From Candidatus Nanohalarchaeota archaeon (GTDB taxonomy: Archaea > EX4484-52 > B79-G9), in contig DAOWAN010000002.1 of assembly GCA_030634545.1 (NCBI GenBank), positions 1-57,230 on the forward strand: DNA of 57,230 bases, written 5' to 3'. The notes under the pieces were generated by a model. The model searched no databases. It was not told the origin of the DNA and saw only the letters and a list, made by a program, of their open reading frames with translations. This document shows positions 37,291-48,626 of the stretch, one piece after another. Every line of letters begins with the position of its first letter. Within the stretch, counting starts at the first letter, position 1. A program made the translations under genes and the position numbers.

Positions 37291-39668
37291 CAACAAATGT
37301 ATAATGTTGCAGTTGCACCCGTTCCTATTAAACAACCAGATGAATTTGAACTCCACCCTACTGATGTATTCTGCTCAAATTTCACGTTTTCAACAGTTAT
37401 GTTCTTGCTGAATACAACATTTTCGTCAAATGTCTCAACACTTCCTGTTAATGCGTAAGTATCATCATCTGTTAAAATACTACAAGTCAATGTGTCTGAA
37501 ACTTCATTATCTGCCCACGGATTAGCAGTATTAACTAAGTTTTCATTAATAGTTCCGTCTGCAATGTCTGTTAATGTTGATTCTAATGGTTGAAAACTAT
37601 CATCAAGACTACAAGTATTTCCATCACAAGTAAAGTCACCAAAATCAGATGAAGCCAAATCATCAGGTTCAATCTCACCCATTGTTATTTGTTGTGTTGA
37701 TAATGTTAAATAATCTTGACCTGTCAAAGTCACTAATGCTTGGTGAGAATCATCATCTCCTGCATGTGTTGAAATAGCAGAATCAATTTCAGTTGTTGCA
37801 TCAGTGCAACTTTCAACTGCACCACTTGTATCAACACCAAGAGGATATTCCCCTGCACCACAATTTCCACCATTTGCAACTAATGATGTTGCTGTTGCTG
37901 AATTGTTTGCATTCAGATTTAAATAGCTATAAGTTTTATTTAATGAAAACACATCAGAGCTTTCTGAAATAAAAGTATTATCAGAATCATAAGTTGTGTC
38001 AGTATCTTCTAATATGGTGTCATTAACTTTTATTTGAGTGACATTAATATCTCTCATATTTAAATCCCCTATGAAATCTCTAGTTCCATATATATCCATA
38101 GCCCACGGATGGTTTGTTTGATTGTTTCTTCCTGTTGTCGCATCATGTTCTCCACCAAAATTAACCCCCACAGATTGCAATATCGCAGTATAATCTAGAT
38201 AATAATTATGTGAAGTAATTCCGCTATCATCATGTATAATTCTCATCTGAACAGTCCCACTGTTAATTGTTGTATTTATAAAAAGTTCTGGATTAAATAC
38301 TGAAGCAGATGTTGTACCAAAATCCGTTTGGTCAGTAATAATACCAAAATCTATCCATGAATTAGTAGTTATTTGATATAATTCGATGTGAACTGTATGA
38401 CCAGCACCGCCGTCATATCTTCCTCGCAAGCCGAATGTATTGAATGTAGACACGCCAGTAAAATTTATTCTTATTTCAAAACCAGGCGTACCAGAAACTT
38501 CACTAATATTTAATGTATCACCATCATTAAAATCTAATATTGAAGTTAAGTTCCCAGAATCTAAAGTGCCAGTTAAAACTTGTACTGAAGTTGCATTAAT
38601 AGTTGTTTGAACACCGCCTGATATTGCAAGAATAGTATCATTTAATTCAGTTTCATCAACACTGAAATCTTCTGCTACTAATGTTAGATATTTACTGCTT
38701 TCTGTATAAATTGTATCTGTCAAAGTGCAGAGATTACTACTTGAACCATTAAGCCTGGCACAACTCACATTTCCAGGTATTAAGTATGTGTTAAAGCTTG
38801 AATTAGTGTATGTTGTATCTGTAACTGTCTCTGTTCCAGTAACAATGCTTGTTAAATGACCAAAACCATCTAATAAGATGTCTTGGATATATGTTCTTCC
38901 AGAATTATCAGAACTTGCCTGAGCCGATGTGTCAGAATGGTTTACCTGTGTTCCAACCAAGCTTATTCCTGACCCATTAGTAGTTACTGTATCACTATCA
39001 ACAACCTCTGAATTGATTGTTACGTTGTTTCCTGAGATTGATGTGTTGATGTCATTACCGCCTATAACTCTAAAAATCTCATTGTCTAAAATATCACCAG
39101 AACCACTATCAGAACTAATATTCAAACCAAAACTGCTTGTCAAATCTGTGTAAGTACAGTTTAATGTGCTTGCTGTATTGTCCCAAGTGCATATCTTTGC
39201 GTCTGTCTTTGCACCTGTAAAATCATTAATTGTATCAAACCAGTACTCGTTCAGGACACCGCTTGCATTCATATAATTTGATTTGTTTACGTTAAGGTCA
39301 GCTTCTACCTTGCCACCTAATGTAAGAGAATCATTTGAACCAAAACTTTGTGCCACATACAATAATTTTTTCCTATCAAGTGTTGTTCCATTGATGATTA
39401 TGTGCATCCATAATGGAACGCTGAAATCAACACCAGTCAGGTTTTCCACAACTATCGGTGCGATGTTATTCGTGACATTCACACCAGTTATCAAGTCATG
39501 GTTGAATACAAATGTACCACCGCTTTCAGCAGTCACTAGACTGAAATTAACAACATAGATGCCGTCTGCTTTCGGCACTTGTGTCAACAAGATACCAACA
39601 TCATCATCTAGTGCTAAAACTAAACTTATTGTAATCAAAAACATAGTCACATAGATTATTTTTTTCAT
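37290..39668 (-). CDS. Large secreted acidic Thr/Ser/Asp-rich fibre/adhesin-like protein
   Basis: Signal peptide; DT-rich beta repeats; many NxS/T sequons. Confidence 0.7.
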   Translation of the reverse strand: MKKIIYVTMFLITISLVLALDDDVGILLTQVPKADGIYVVNFSLVTAESGGTFVFNHDLITGVNVTNNIAPIVVENLTGVDFSVPLWMHIIINGTTLDRKKLLYVAQSFGSNDSLTLGGKVEADLNVNKSNYMNASGVLNEYWFDTINDFTGAKTDAKICTWDNTASTLNCTYTDLTSSFGLNISSDSGSGDILDNEIFRVIGGNDINTSISGNNVTINSEVVDSDTVTTNGSGISLVGTQVNHSDTSAQASSDNSGRTYIQDILLDGFGHLTSIVTGTETVTDTTYTNSSFNTYLIPGNVSCARLNGSSSNLCTLTDTIYTESSKYLTLVAEDFSVDETELNDTILAISGGVQTTINATSVQVLTGTLDSGNLTSILDFNDGDTLNISEVSGTPGFEIRINFTGVSTFNTFGLRGRYDGGAGHTVHIELYQITTNSWIDFGIITDQTDFGTTSASVFNPELFINTTINSGTVQMRIIHDDSGITSHNYYLDYTAILQSVGVNFGGEHDATTGRNNQTNHPWAMDIYGTRDFIGDLNMRDINVTQIKVNDTILEDTDTTYDSDNTFISESSDVFSLNKTYSYLNLNANNSATATSLVANGGNCGAGEYPLGVDTSGAVESCTDATTEIDSAISTHAGDDDSHQALVTLTGQDYLTLSTQQITMGEIEPDDLASSDFGDFTCDGNTCSLDDSFQPLESTLTDIADGTINENLVNTANPWADNEVSDTLTCSILTDDDTYALTGSVETFDENVVFSKNITVENVKFEQNTSVGWSSNSSGCLIGTGATATLYIC

Positions 39669-39669
39669 C

Positions 39670-42600
39670 TTATACACCACCACAAAATTGAGCATTAACT
39701 ATTACATTGCAACGGTTTGTTGCATCATTACCCGTTATTGTGACATCACCGCAATTAGTTACGGCACTTGATATAATAATAGTATGAGGATTTGAGTCTG
39801 TATGTGAAATTATTACATCGTTACCACCAACATCTGTTGCTGAATCAACAGTGCAATCTTCACTGCAATCTATAACAAAATTGCCACTTGAATAATCACA
39901 TGAATCACCTACACCATAATCAATTACTGTTGCTGTGCTTATAGTATAATAATCTGAACATGTATTACTACCATCTATATCTATTGCACAACATCTCATA
40001 GATTCATAAGTTTCATCTGGCTCTGATGTGATGTTCCAAGTATATGTGTTTCCTTCAGTATGATTGCCAACATCTGTATATATTGTGTTGTACGAAATCT
40101 CTAAACTAGAATAATCATAAACTCCAATAACATCAAAATCTCCGCCCTGTGTATCACCAGTTACATTATATCTTATTTTTATCAGTTTAGATTCATCAAC
40201 ATAATCTGGTGGTGAACCCAATAATTTGTAAAATGAATACTTTTGATAATCTGCACCTGCACCTGCACCTGAAAAACCACCAGGCGTTATATTATATCCA
40301 TCCCCTATACAGCCATGAGTTCCGCCATCACAAGCCAACACTTCCCATCCATCTGTATCCCAATTATAAACATAAGCATAGAACTGCGGTGAAGTGCCTG
40401 GATTAAATTCAGCATCATCACTACCATCACAATCAAGTCCTGTCACTCCACCAGCCCAACAACCACCACCTGATAAATTTAAACTTAATATACTAGATAA
40501 ATCAAGTGTACTAACATTAAAAACCCACTCTATTTTTGTCTTTGCAACAGCACTATCATTAAATCCAGCTTGCCAACTATTTGTATTTGTGCATGTACCT
40601 TGACCACAATCTTCAGTGTTGGTTTTTGAAACTGCATATCCCCCATCTGTTTTGTCACCAGTTGTAACAAAAGATGCGGTATAAGAGACATAATTTCCTA
40701 AAACTTGGTCACTTTCATTGCCTTTCTGGAGTACATAAGTGATAGTATTACTCTCTACATCAGTACTTCCAGTACAATTTAAACATATAGGAGACTCTGT
40801 AAAAGTATCATTTAAATCTCCCTCTGTGCCATTACATAATTGCAAACTTGTCGGTGTTGTTGGCACTGCATTAGTAATGCTAAAATTATAAATCCCTGAT
40901 GTTGTTATATTTTTAGTATCAGTCACATTGACATACCAATTATGGTCAACACTATCCATCAGACCAGCCCAATTACATCTGACTGTTGTTCCTGGTGAGA
41001 TACTTGCATTAGTACAGATAACAACATCATTGCTTGAATTTACAAAAGAGACTTCCACTGTGTCTCCCCCGTCATCATCATTAGCAGTTACATTTAAGTC
41101 AACCAAAGTTATACCTGCTGTTAATAAAGTATTGTTGGCTGGCACTAAATTAGCAAGTGTTGGTAGATTGTTCGGCAGTGGTGTATTCTGTAAAGTATAA
41201 GTGCATATAGTATTAGAGAAATTAGACTCAGAGATGTCATAAGTATCATTGTAAGCTGTAATATTGTAACAGTGTTCTGTGTTGTTGATTAAATTAGTAT
41301 TATTATAATAATTATTAGTTGTATTTACGAAATTAATTGAGAAATTATGCAGTAAGAATTTTTCTGCTGTATCCTGTGCATCCCATGTTAAATAAATACT
41401 CTCATTGTTCTGGCTGTCATTCAATAAAGTAGTTGGAGTTGGTGTCTGTGTTATGATAAAAGGATATTGCCACCCATCACCATCATTATACAAGTCAGAA
41501 ATTTCAGTCCTGTTCAATTCTCGTGTAAAATAATTAAATTCATCTATCTCTCCTGTAAACCACCATTGAGCATCATTAGGTTTACCGATGTTAAGAGTGT
41601 TCATATTATCTATATCTAGATTTTCTCCACTTTCAGCGTTTAAAACTGTGGTCTGTAAAACATTATCAATATACAAAATCAAATCAGTACATAAAGTTCC
41701 ATTCCTAATCATAGTAAACATGTGCCAATCACCATCATCAGTTGTAGATTCAACCTTTCTTTGACAATATCCTACATCTCCTGTTGTTGTTCTTGTGAAT
41801 ATAAGGATACGGTCTGTTCCCGACTGGTCTGCCCATCTTGATTTAATATGGTCATTTGGCACAGCAGAATTCCATATCTGGAAGAATTGTTCATCACTTG
41901 ACACCTCTTGTGTATTATACCAAAGATTAACAGTGAAGTCACCTTGATTTACATCATACTCTGTTCCGACAGCAGTTCTGCTAAGATGGTCATTACCATC
42001 ATAAGAATAACTTTCGTCAATAATACCACCAACACCTGTTGTCGCCCCTGTAATAGTCATGTTATAACTATTATGTAAGTCTTCACTATTAGCACCAACT
42101 GTTTCTGTATCGTCAAAAGTTAAATATTTAACCAAGCCAGTAGTCATACCTGTGCTTGTCGGGTCGTAATCTTCTTCTGGAAAAGTAATCATATAAAAAT
42201 AATCATTAATCTTTGTGATGTTACGCACATTGACCAGTGTAGTATTATGCTCTATTCCATCTACATCTATGAACAATTCTTCTAATGACACATTAATATA
42301 TTGTGGTGGATATTCAACACAATTATGATAAATAGTTGTTTGTGCTATTCCAATACCAAATATAGATTTATCTTCTTCAATACATAAATAATTACCATCC
42401 TGTATGATTTTTTTATCTGATGTAAGATATTCATATCCAGAGTCCCTATGACCCCATTCTTTGGTCTGAGTTATATCACCGACTTCATATATCGGGACAG
42501 AACTTGTTATTGTGAAGAAACTTGACCCGTCTGGTGTTTCTAATTCAAATTCACTGTCAGATTTGATTTTTAGCTTGAAACCATCATCAGTTTCCAGTTC

Positions 42601-42714
42601 ATATTCTTCATCATCAAACTTGACCCATTCATCAGGCGGTATTTCCTGAGAATAGCTTAAAGTAAGTAAAAGAAGTAATGTAATCATCAATAATAATGAT
42701 GTTTTTTTCCCCAT
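39670..42714 (-). CDS. Large secreted adhesin with LamG (concanavalin A-like), FN3 and Ig-like domains
   Basis: GLVKYLTFDD...WHMF...LYID...FTGEIDEF.YF.REL...EISDLY. Confidence 0.8.
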   Translation of the reverse strand: MGKKTSLLLMITLLLLLTLSYSQEIPPDEWVKFDDEEYELETDDGFKLKIKSDSEFELETPDGSSFFTITSSVPIYEVGDITQTKEWGHRDSGYEYLTSDKKIIQDGNYLCIEEDKSIFGIGIAQTTIYHNCVEYPPQYINVSLEELFIDVDGIEHNTTLVNVRNITKINDYFYMITFPEEDYDPTSTGMTTGLVKYLTFDDTETVGANSEDLHNSYNMTITGATTGVGGIIDESYSYDGNDHLSRTAVGTEYDVNQGDFTVNLWYNTQEVSSDEQFFQIWNSAVPNDHIKSRWADQSGTDRILIFTRTTTGDVGYCQRKVESTTDDGDWHMFTMIRNGTLCTDLILYIDNVLQTTVLNAESGENLDIDNMNTLNIGKPNDAQWWFTGEIDEFNYFTRELNRTEISDLYNDGDGWQYPFIITQTPTPTTLLNDSQNNESIYLTWDAQDTAEKFLLHNFSINFVNTTNNYYNNTNLINNTEHCYNITAYNDTYDISESNFSNTICTYTLQNTPLPNNLPTLANLVPANNTLLTAGITLVDLNVTANDDDGGDTVEVSFVNSSNDVVICTNASISPGTTVRCNWAGLMDSVDHNWYVNVTDTKNITTSGIYNFSITNAVPTTPTSLQLCNGTEGDLNDTFTESPICLNCTGSTDVESNTITYVLQKGNESDQVLGNYVSYTASFVTTGDKTDGGYAVSKTNTEDCGQGTCTNTNSWQAGFNDSAVAKTKIEWVFNVSTLDLSSILSLNLSGGGCWAGGVTGLDCDGSDDAEFNPGTSPQFYAYVYNWDTDGWEVLACDGGTHGCIGDGYNITPGGFSGAGAGADYQKYSFYKLLGSPPDYVDESKLIKIRYNVTGDTQGGDFDVIGVYDYSSLEISYNTIYTDVGNHTEGNTYTWNITSEPDETYESMRCCAIDIDGSNTCSDYYTISTATVIDYGVGDSCDYSSGNFVIDCSEDCTVDSATDVGGNDVIISHTDSNPHTIIISSAVTNCGDVTITGNDATNRCNVIVNAQFCGGV

Positions 42715-42742
42715 CCTTAATCAGTTGAATTTGTTTTGTGAC

Positions 42743-45700
42743 TTATATATTTTTCTTTCTCTTTCTTTTTGGTTTGACAACCTTAATTATTATCAAAGTC
42801 CAGCCTATCAAAAAGATTAAAACAATGTATGTCCAAAATAATAATATATTGTAAAATAAAGAGATTATCGTGAAGACGAACATTATAATTTGTGATATTA
42901 AGTGTGTTGAGAACTTTGCTTTCTTGAATAATAATATCACCCAGAATAACATCAGTGCGTGAGTAAGCCATAAAACAGGATTGAATGCGTTCACCAACTC
43001 TATCTCATTGATGTCTTCTTTAATATATTGTTTCATATAATCATAAATAAGAACACCTATTGAATTGTCTTTGAACTTATCTAATATTTCACCAAACAAT
43101 AAAGAAGGGTCTGTGACATACTTCGTGATTGGATGGGTGTCTTTTGCACCTTTTAATGATGCTGGGCTTGTTACCTCACCAATGATGTTGACAACATATC
43201 TCTCCCCGATGATTATGTCTATCGGTGTCTCGATGTCCATGCAGAACGTCTCCCTTGTCTCTGATGACGGCAGGACTGTCATATATAATAAATTGTCAGT
43301 TTTTTCACAGTTCACTTCATTCTGGCATTTGAAAGTGTACCATAAACAGGCATTTCTCAGTGTTGCTTCAGGGTCTTCACATGTTATCTTGATTACCTGC
43401 GTGACTGTTGCAGTATTGATTATGTCAAGACAGTATTCCCTTGTTGAAGATGGTCTTATCCCAAGTTGTGCTGTCTCTTCGCTGAATGCGTTTACCGTGA
43501 CGATGTTGAACTTGACTTGTGGTTGTTCATCTCCGCCACCCCCACCACCAGACGGCGGTGCTGGTGCTGAGATTATATTCATGTCAAAAGAAGATGAATT
43601 TGTGATTGAGTTTCCTGAAGTGTCTGCACAAATCCATTCTGTAAAAGTGTAGTTACCTGTCTTGGTCGGTGTGAATAAGATTATCTGTGTGTTTCCTGAG
43701 CTTGATGATGCTGTGTACGTTGTCTTTACTGTGTCTGGGTCTGTGACATTCACTTTTAGATAATTTATTGAGCTTCCTGCATCGTAGCAGTCTGCCGTGA
43801 CATTGACCTGTACTTGCACTGTGCCTGAACTTGATACTGAATAGTTCTGCATAATCGGTGCTGTCGAGTCTCCAATAGTCAGTTCGCTTGAATTGTACCA
43901 AGAAGACCATTCTTCACTATCATTTACCCTGATAGAACAGAGCCATTTTTCACTACCAGATGTGTTGCCTGAACCTAAAATTTGATTGGTCATCCCATAC
44001 AAGATAGAATCATTGTACCATCTGAATTCCTGGCTAGATTCTGTGTCCAAATCAATATCTGAAAAAATATAACTACAATTCAAGTCATCAGAATTATCTG
44101 CTGGGCTTGGAGAAATAACTATTGAAGATATTGTTGGTATTGAATTTAATATAGTTATGTTTGAGATTTCATTTATGCTGTTCCTATATGCGTCATAAAC
44201 AGTTATACTACAATTCACTTCATCTGTTTTGTTAGTTAAGTTTGTAAAATTTGGACTTTTAATATTAGTGTTATTTGTGATTGATGTCTCTGTCCCATTT
44301 AGAACCAAACTATTGTTTATATACCAGTCCACGTCAGCATACAAACCCAATAATATATTATCTGTGATGGTGTAATTACAATACATTGTCTGGTTTTTGT
44401 AAGAAGACAAAGGATAAATAATAGGGCTTGTCTTAAAGACAGGTGATGTTGTATCTGTTACATTACTTAAAGGCAAGTAATCAATATTATTAGATTGTAA
44501 TGTGTGATTAATATCACATATACCATCTGTGTTAGAATCTGTGCAATTTTCACTAAAACCTGCACCTGTATATGTCGCCCAGTAATTACCACCTATCAAT
44601 CCTTTTATTTTATTTAATATTCTAGTTCCTGCTTGCTTTGTTGTGTTCCAGTATCTAAAAAATCCTGAATTACAATCAAAAGAAACACCATTAGACGTTC
44701 CTGTATGGTTTATTATACTGTTATAAATTGTTGAGTAGCCATTACATGTATACAAAGCAACTGTTGAACTAGACTGGAATATTGAATTAAAAAGTGTTAT
44801 TGTTGAATAATCATTATAAAAAGCATTACTGGTAGAATTATACACAGATAAATTTTCAACAGTACTATCATCACAATCTAAACAAAATAAACCATAATAT
44901 GTCTGTATTAAATCTACATTTGTTATATTAATTTCACTGCCGATTACAAAGATGCCGTTGTTATCATATCCTGTCTGGTCAATAGTAACATTACTAATAT
45001 GTACTGTTCCGCCCTCACAAGTTATTATTTCACTGACATTATTGGTGTCAGAAATAGAAGAACCTGCACTTAACACTGATATTGGCTTATTTCCAGTTCC
45101 AATAATATTTGTTGAAGAAGAAAAAGCACCACAATGCACATCTGAAGATGTTGGTGTTATATACACATCTACTTTTCCACTATTCAATATAATCACGTCT
45201 GTTAATTTTCCAGAAGCATCATTAGACTGATAATATCCATAAGATGAACTGTTAGTTATATTAACATTTTCTACATGAACATTATGGTAGTCAATAGTCC
45301 CATAAACATGAATACCGTTACCTGATAAATCAATCGTAGAATTTTCTATATATACATCTAGTTCACCAGCAGATTGTCCAACAACATAAATACCGTCATC
45401 TGGTGATGAAGTGATATGAATATTATGTATTTTATGGTCAACATCTGGTATTTTAATTGCTGAAGTATCCCAGTCTGATAAATAACAATTTTTAATGTAA
45501 ATCCCATCCCAGCTAGTAGTAATGATTCCATAATCAGCAGTATCATCTCCATCAATAGTGTTGCCCTGACAATCAAGAGTTACATTATTTCCTGTTATAT
45601 ACATGCAGTTTGAAGTTGTAGAGTTAGCGATAGATTGATTTAAAAAATAATGACTATTATCTTCACTTAATTCTGTGCAATCAGAAATTGTGATATTATT

Positions 45701-46942
45701 CAAATCTATATAAGTTATGTTTAAAAAAGGTCTTGTAGATACACCTAGACATCCAGCAGGGTCTCCAGATGTAGATTCTTTTGAACAAGCATCAAACTTA
45801 TCGTTTTGTCCCTGTAATGTTGCATTCCAAAGAAAACTTACATTATCATAACTATCATCATATTGATTATCAACCCAAGAAGTAACATTAAAAAACAACC
45901 AAAAATCATCAGCATCATAAGGGATTGTCGTATTTTCATCTATCTGATTACCGTGTTCTGGAAAATGGTCATAAGTTATTCCACTACTAATAGTTCCGTT
46001 ACCTTCCCACCACGTCTGATTGCTTACTTCATAAACATAAGTTTCTATTGTATCACCGTTATCATAATCGTTTGATTTTATAAAAATACCTAACATAGCA
46101 TCATTTACAGATGAAAAGTCAGGTATACTTGATATATTGAATTTAATAAAACTAAAAATTGATAAAACACTAACATCAGTTCCAGCCGATAACCTAGTAG
46201 CATCACCATAATTTGTATCAGCAATTATATTATATTGCACATAAGCGTCTTCTAAATTCTCTGTGTCTGCATCCTGCAAAGTTATTGTGGTTGAATTACC
46301 ACCAAACTTGAATTGCCTGCCTAAAGGACTGCTTGTGTATTGGAACTTATAATCATTAGCAACTATAATCCCGTCTTTCATCTCCCATTTATAATCATAT
46401 TTAATCTCGTACTTTATGCCGTCAACTTCCCATTTGTCAGAAATCTTGAACTGGCACTTGGCTTCAATATCGCTTTTTACAGTGCATTCCTCTGGATAAT
46501 CACTTGGATTCCCTGTGAAGTTTGTATGTATCAAGATGCCAGAGTTGTTGAAGTCAATGACATCCATATCAAAATCTGGGTCTGTCTCAAGATATTTGAC
46601 TTTATAATAATCTTTCAGGCTTTTCACAGAATCTTCAATATTTTTCCAGACACCATCTTCATAAACATATCTTGTTCCAGAATAGAGTGTTTTAGTGCAT
46701 TCTTCTTCAAAAAAAATGCTATCTCTACAATAATTATCCCTTAAATCAAGACAATAAACAGTTCCATTTTCATAAGTGTCGTAATCAACACAATAATCTG
46801 CATAACAGATTTCTTTTATTTTTTCTATTGGCGTACAAACAGTTTTTGTTGTCGGCGTGTAAGTTGTATCCTGTGCAGTAACTATACTTAATAGTAATAT
46901 ACAGAAGAGTAAATATATTAACCTTTTTGATAGATTTCCCAT
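42743..46942 (-). CDS. Giant membrane-anchored surface protein: DNRLRE-like domain, right-handed beta-helix (NosD/CASH-like), Ig-like repeats, C-terminal TMs
   Basis: EDAYV...NYG...FIKFNIS; NNVTLDCQG..I.G; GGNYW; DYLPL; PPSGGGGG; 3 C-terminal hydrophobic helices. Confidence 0.8.
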   Translation of the reverse strand: MGNLSKRLIYLLFCILLLSIVTAQDTTYTPTTKTVCTPIEKIKEICYADYCVDYDTYENGTVYCLDLRDNYCRDSIFFEEECTKTLYSGTRYVYEDGVWKNIEDSVKSLKDYYKVKYLETDPDFDMDVIDFNNSGILIHTNFTGNPSDYPEECTVKSDIEAKCQFKISDKWEVDGIKYEIKYDYKWEMKDGIIVANDYKFQYTSSPLGRQFKFGGNSTTITLQDADTENLEDAYVQYNIIADTNYGDATRLSAGTDVSVLSIFSFIKFNISSIPDFSSVNDAMLGIFIKSNDYDNGDTIETYVYEVSNQTWWEGNGTISSGITYDHFPEHGNQIDENTTIPYDADDFWLFFNVTSWVDNQYDDSYDNVSFLWNATLQGQNDKFDACSKESTSGDPAGCLGVSTRPFLNITYIDLNNITISDCTELSEDNSHYFLNQSIANSTTSNCMYITGNNVTLDCQGNTIDGDDTADYGIITTSWDGIYIKNCYLSDWDTSAIKIPDVDHKIHNIHITSSPDDGIYVVGQSAGELDVYIENSTIDLSGNGIHVYGTIDYHNVHVENVNITNSSSYGYYQSNDASGKLTDVIILNSGKVDVYITPTSSDVHCGAFSSSTNIIGTGNKPISVLSAGSSISDTNNVSEIITCEGGTVHISNVTIDQTGYDNNGIFVIGSEINITNVDLIQTYYGLFCLDCDDSTVENLSVYNSTSNAFYNDYSTITLFNSIFQSSSTVALYTCNGYSTIYNSIINHTGTSNGVSFDCNSGFFRYWNTTKQAGTRILNKIKGLIGGNYWATYTGAGFSENCTDSNTDGICDINHTLQSNNIDYLPLSNVTDTTSPVFKTSPIIYPLSSYKNQTMYCNYTITDNILLGLYADVDWYINNSLVLNGTETSITNNTNIKSPNFTNLTNKTDEVNCSITVYDAYRNSINEISNITILNSIPTISSIVISPSPADNSDDLNCSYIFSDIDLDTESSQEFRWYNDSILYGMTNQILGSGNTSGSEKWLCSIRVNDSEEWSSWYNSSELTIGDSTAPIMQNYSVSSSGTVQVQVNVTADCYDAGSSINYLKVNVTDPDTVKTTYTASSSSGNTQIILFTPTKTGNYTFTEWICADTSGNSITNSSSFDMNIISAPAPPSGGGGGGDEQPQVKFNIVTVNAFSEETAQLGIRPSSTREYCLDIINTATVTQVIKITCEDPEATLRNACLWYTFKCQNEVNCEKTDNLLYMTVLPSSETRETFCMDIETPIDIIIGERYVVNIIGEVTSPASLKGAKDTHPITKYVTDPSLLFGEILDKFKDNSIGVLIYDYMKQYIKEDINEIELVNAFNPVLWLTHALMLFWVILLFKKAKFSTHLISQIIMFVFTIISLFYNILLFWTYIVLIFLIGWTLIIIKVVKPKRKRKKNI

Positions 46943-47451
46943 TTTAGTTTTGTGTCATACTGCTTGTACCTGAAGAATGCAAACTGGTTCTGACCGCATT
47001 GCACACCCATGATGATGTCCTTGTCATAATCTTTATTGTCAACCCATGATTCAAGTGCTTCTATATCCTGCTCTGATAAAACACATATACCGTCTTTGTG
47101 GTTGTGCATATCTATCAACACATTACCTTTGCATGCGTACCTTAATGCGTATGATTCATCCGCTTCAGTCACAAAAGCATCGTCAAGAGAATAGATATAT
47201 ATCTTTCCTTCACGTTCACCGCCGTAAAGACAGATTGCATATTCTGAGTCAAAAATATAATAGAGCCAGTTCAACTGGTCAACAACTTCAGGCTTGAAAT
47301 AAATCTCTGTATCACTTGTCTCTGCTTGGATTTCTTTTGGAACAAAACCAGAGATGATTGGGACTCTGTAATTATAAATGCTTACTGCTGTTATCAGACC
47401 CATTAAAAATGATATTATTATTAATAGAATTATCAGTAATGTGTTATTCAA
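46918..47451 (-). CDS. Membrane-anchored JAB/MPN+ (JAMM) metallopeptidase
   Basis: N-terminal TM; upstream E (EYAICLYG); exact HxHx7Sx2D motif (HNHKDGICVLSEQD). Confidence 0.8.
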   Translation of the reverse strand: MNNTLLIILLIIISFLMGLITAVSIYNYRVPIISGFVPKEIQAETSDTEIYFKPEVVDQLNWLYYIFDSEYAICLYGGEREGKIYIYSLDDAFVTEADESYALRYACKGNVLIDMHNHKDGICVLSEQDIEALESWVDNKDYDKDIIMGVQCGQNQFAFFRYKQYDTKLKWEIYQKG

Positions 47452-47499
47452 TTTGTTGCTTATTATTGATTTCTTTTTTGGTCTTGGAACTATTTTTAA

Positions 47500-48618
47500 T
47501 CACCTTTTTTTAATTATCTTGTAGATTGCGTAAAGACCGAACAACAGCCCTGAAATAAAGATAATTATCCCAGTAGTTGCATTGCTCTGGTATATGAAGA
47601 AGCCCGTCCCCATCAGTACAGGCATCAATATCAAAGAATAATTTTTTATCTCGAACTTCATCGGCTTCAGCTTTTTTTCTGTTATTGACTTCTTTCTCCT
47701 CTTAGTCTTCTTGAGCCTGTTGTTGTATAACCATGTCCCAAGTATCAAGCCAGAAGAAACTATCAATAAAAGCCAAAACATTGCTTGCCTTAGAAATTCG
47801 TTGGCAGACAAATAATCTCTTAAATACCAGAAGAATAGATTGTTTAGATGAAGTGCGAGTGCAGGTGTCCACTGTCCTGTTATGATTGTGAATACACCTG
47901 ATTCAATGCCAAATAATGTATGACCTATGATGTCCCTTTCTCTGCCACCAGATACAATAGTGTGGATTATTCTCCAAATGAAGCCAGATGCACCTATACC
48001 CACCACTATAAGAGAGATTAATAATGCAACCATCATTGAACTGACGACTGCCATGACAATAAGTACAACAAGAGAACTCAATGCACTTATCACCACGACC
48101 AAAGAGCCTGTCTCTGATGGTGCTGGAAATAATGTAAAAAATAAGTCTGCACTGATTATATCAAATATTGCCTGCGGTCTGACAGGAAATATATAATTTG
48201 AAAAGAAATTTCCGACTGCTGACTGCGGTGCAAACATCGAGCCTATGAACATCGGTATTGAAAAAAGGCTTGTCCATGTCACAAAAGACAAAAGATAACT
48301 GTTATTGATGCGTTCAAGAAGATATGCAAAATCATCTTTTGGGTTTCTGATATACCATTGGTGGATAAGAGAAATCTTTGGCTTGAACAAAAATGATTTG
48401 AACCATCTGACACCTGTATTTATGTCTATCAATGTTACAACTGGCAGTGTAAATATCAAGAAAGAATATATAAAGAAGATTTTAGTGACTGAATCATTAG
48501 AACTCAGACCTTCTGTGAAAATTATGTAACCGCCCAGAATAACTATTAAAACAAGAATTATAGCAGTTGTGCCTGTGTTTCTCTTTTCTTCAGGCGTATT
48601 ATCAGTCCTTTCAACCAT
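47500..48618 (-). CDS. Polytopic membrane protein, CPBP (CAAX/Abi)-like intramembrane metalloprotease
   Basis: APSET (degenerate EE motif), WRIIH and PALALHLNN (HxxN) in CPBP order; about 10 TMs. Confidence 0.55.
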   Translation of the reverse strand: MVERTDNTPEEKRNTGTTAIILVLIVILGGYIIFTEGLSSNDSVTKIFFIYSFLIFTLPVVTLIDINTGVRWFKSFLFKPKISLIHQWYIRNPKDDFAYLLERINNSYLLSFVTWTSLFSIPMFIGSMFAPQSAVGNFFSNYIFPVRPQAIFDIISADLFFTLFPAPSETGSLVVVISALSSLVVLIVMAVVSSMMVALLISLIVVGIGASGFIWRIIHTIVSGGRERDIIGHTLFGIESGVFTIITGQWTPALALHLNNLFFWYLRDYLSANEFLRQAMFWLLLIVSSGLILGTWLYNNRLKKTKRRKKSITEKKLKPMKFEIKNYSLILMPVLMGTGFFIYQSNATTGIIIFISGLLFGLYAIYKIIKKR

Positions 48619-48626
48619 GATTATTA

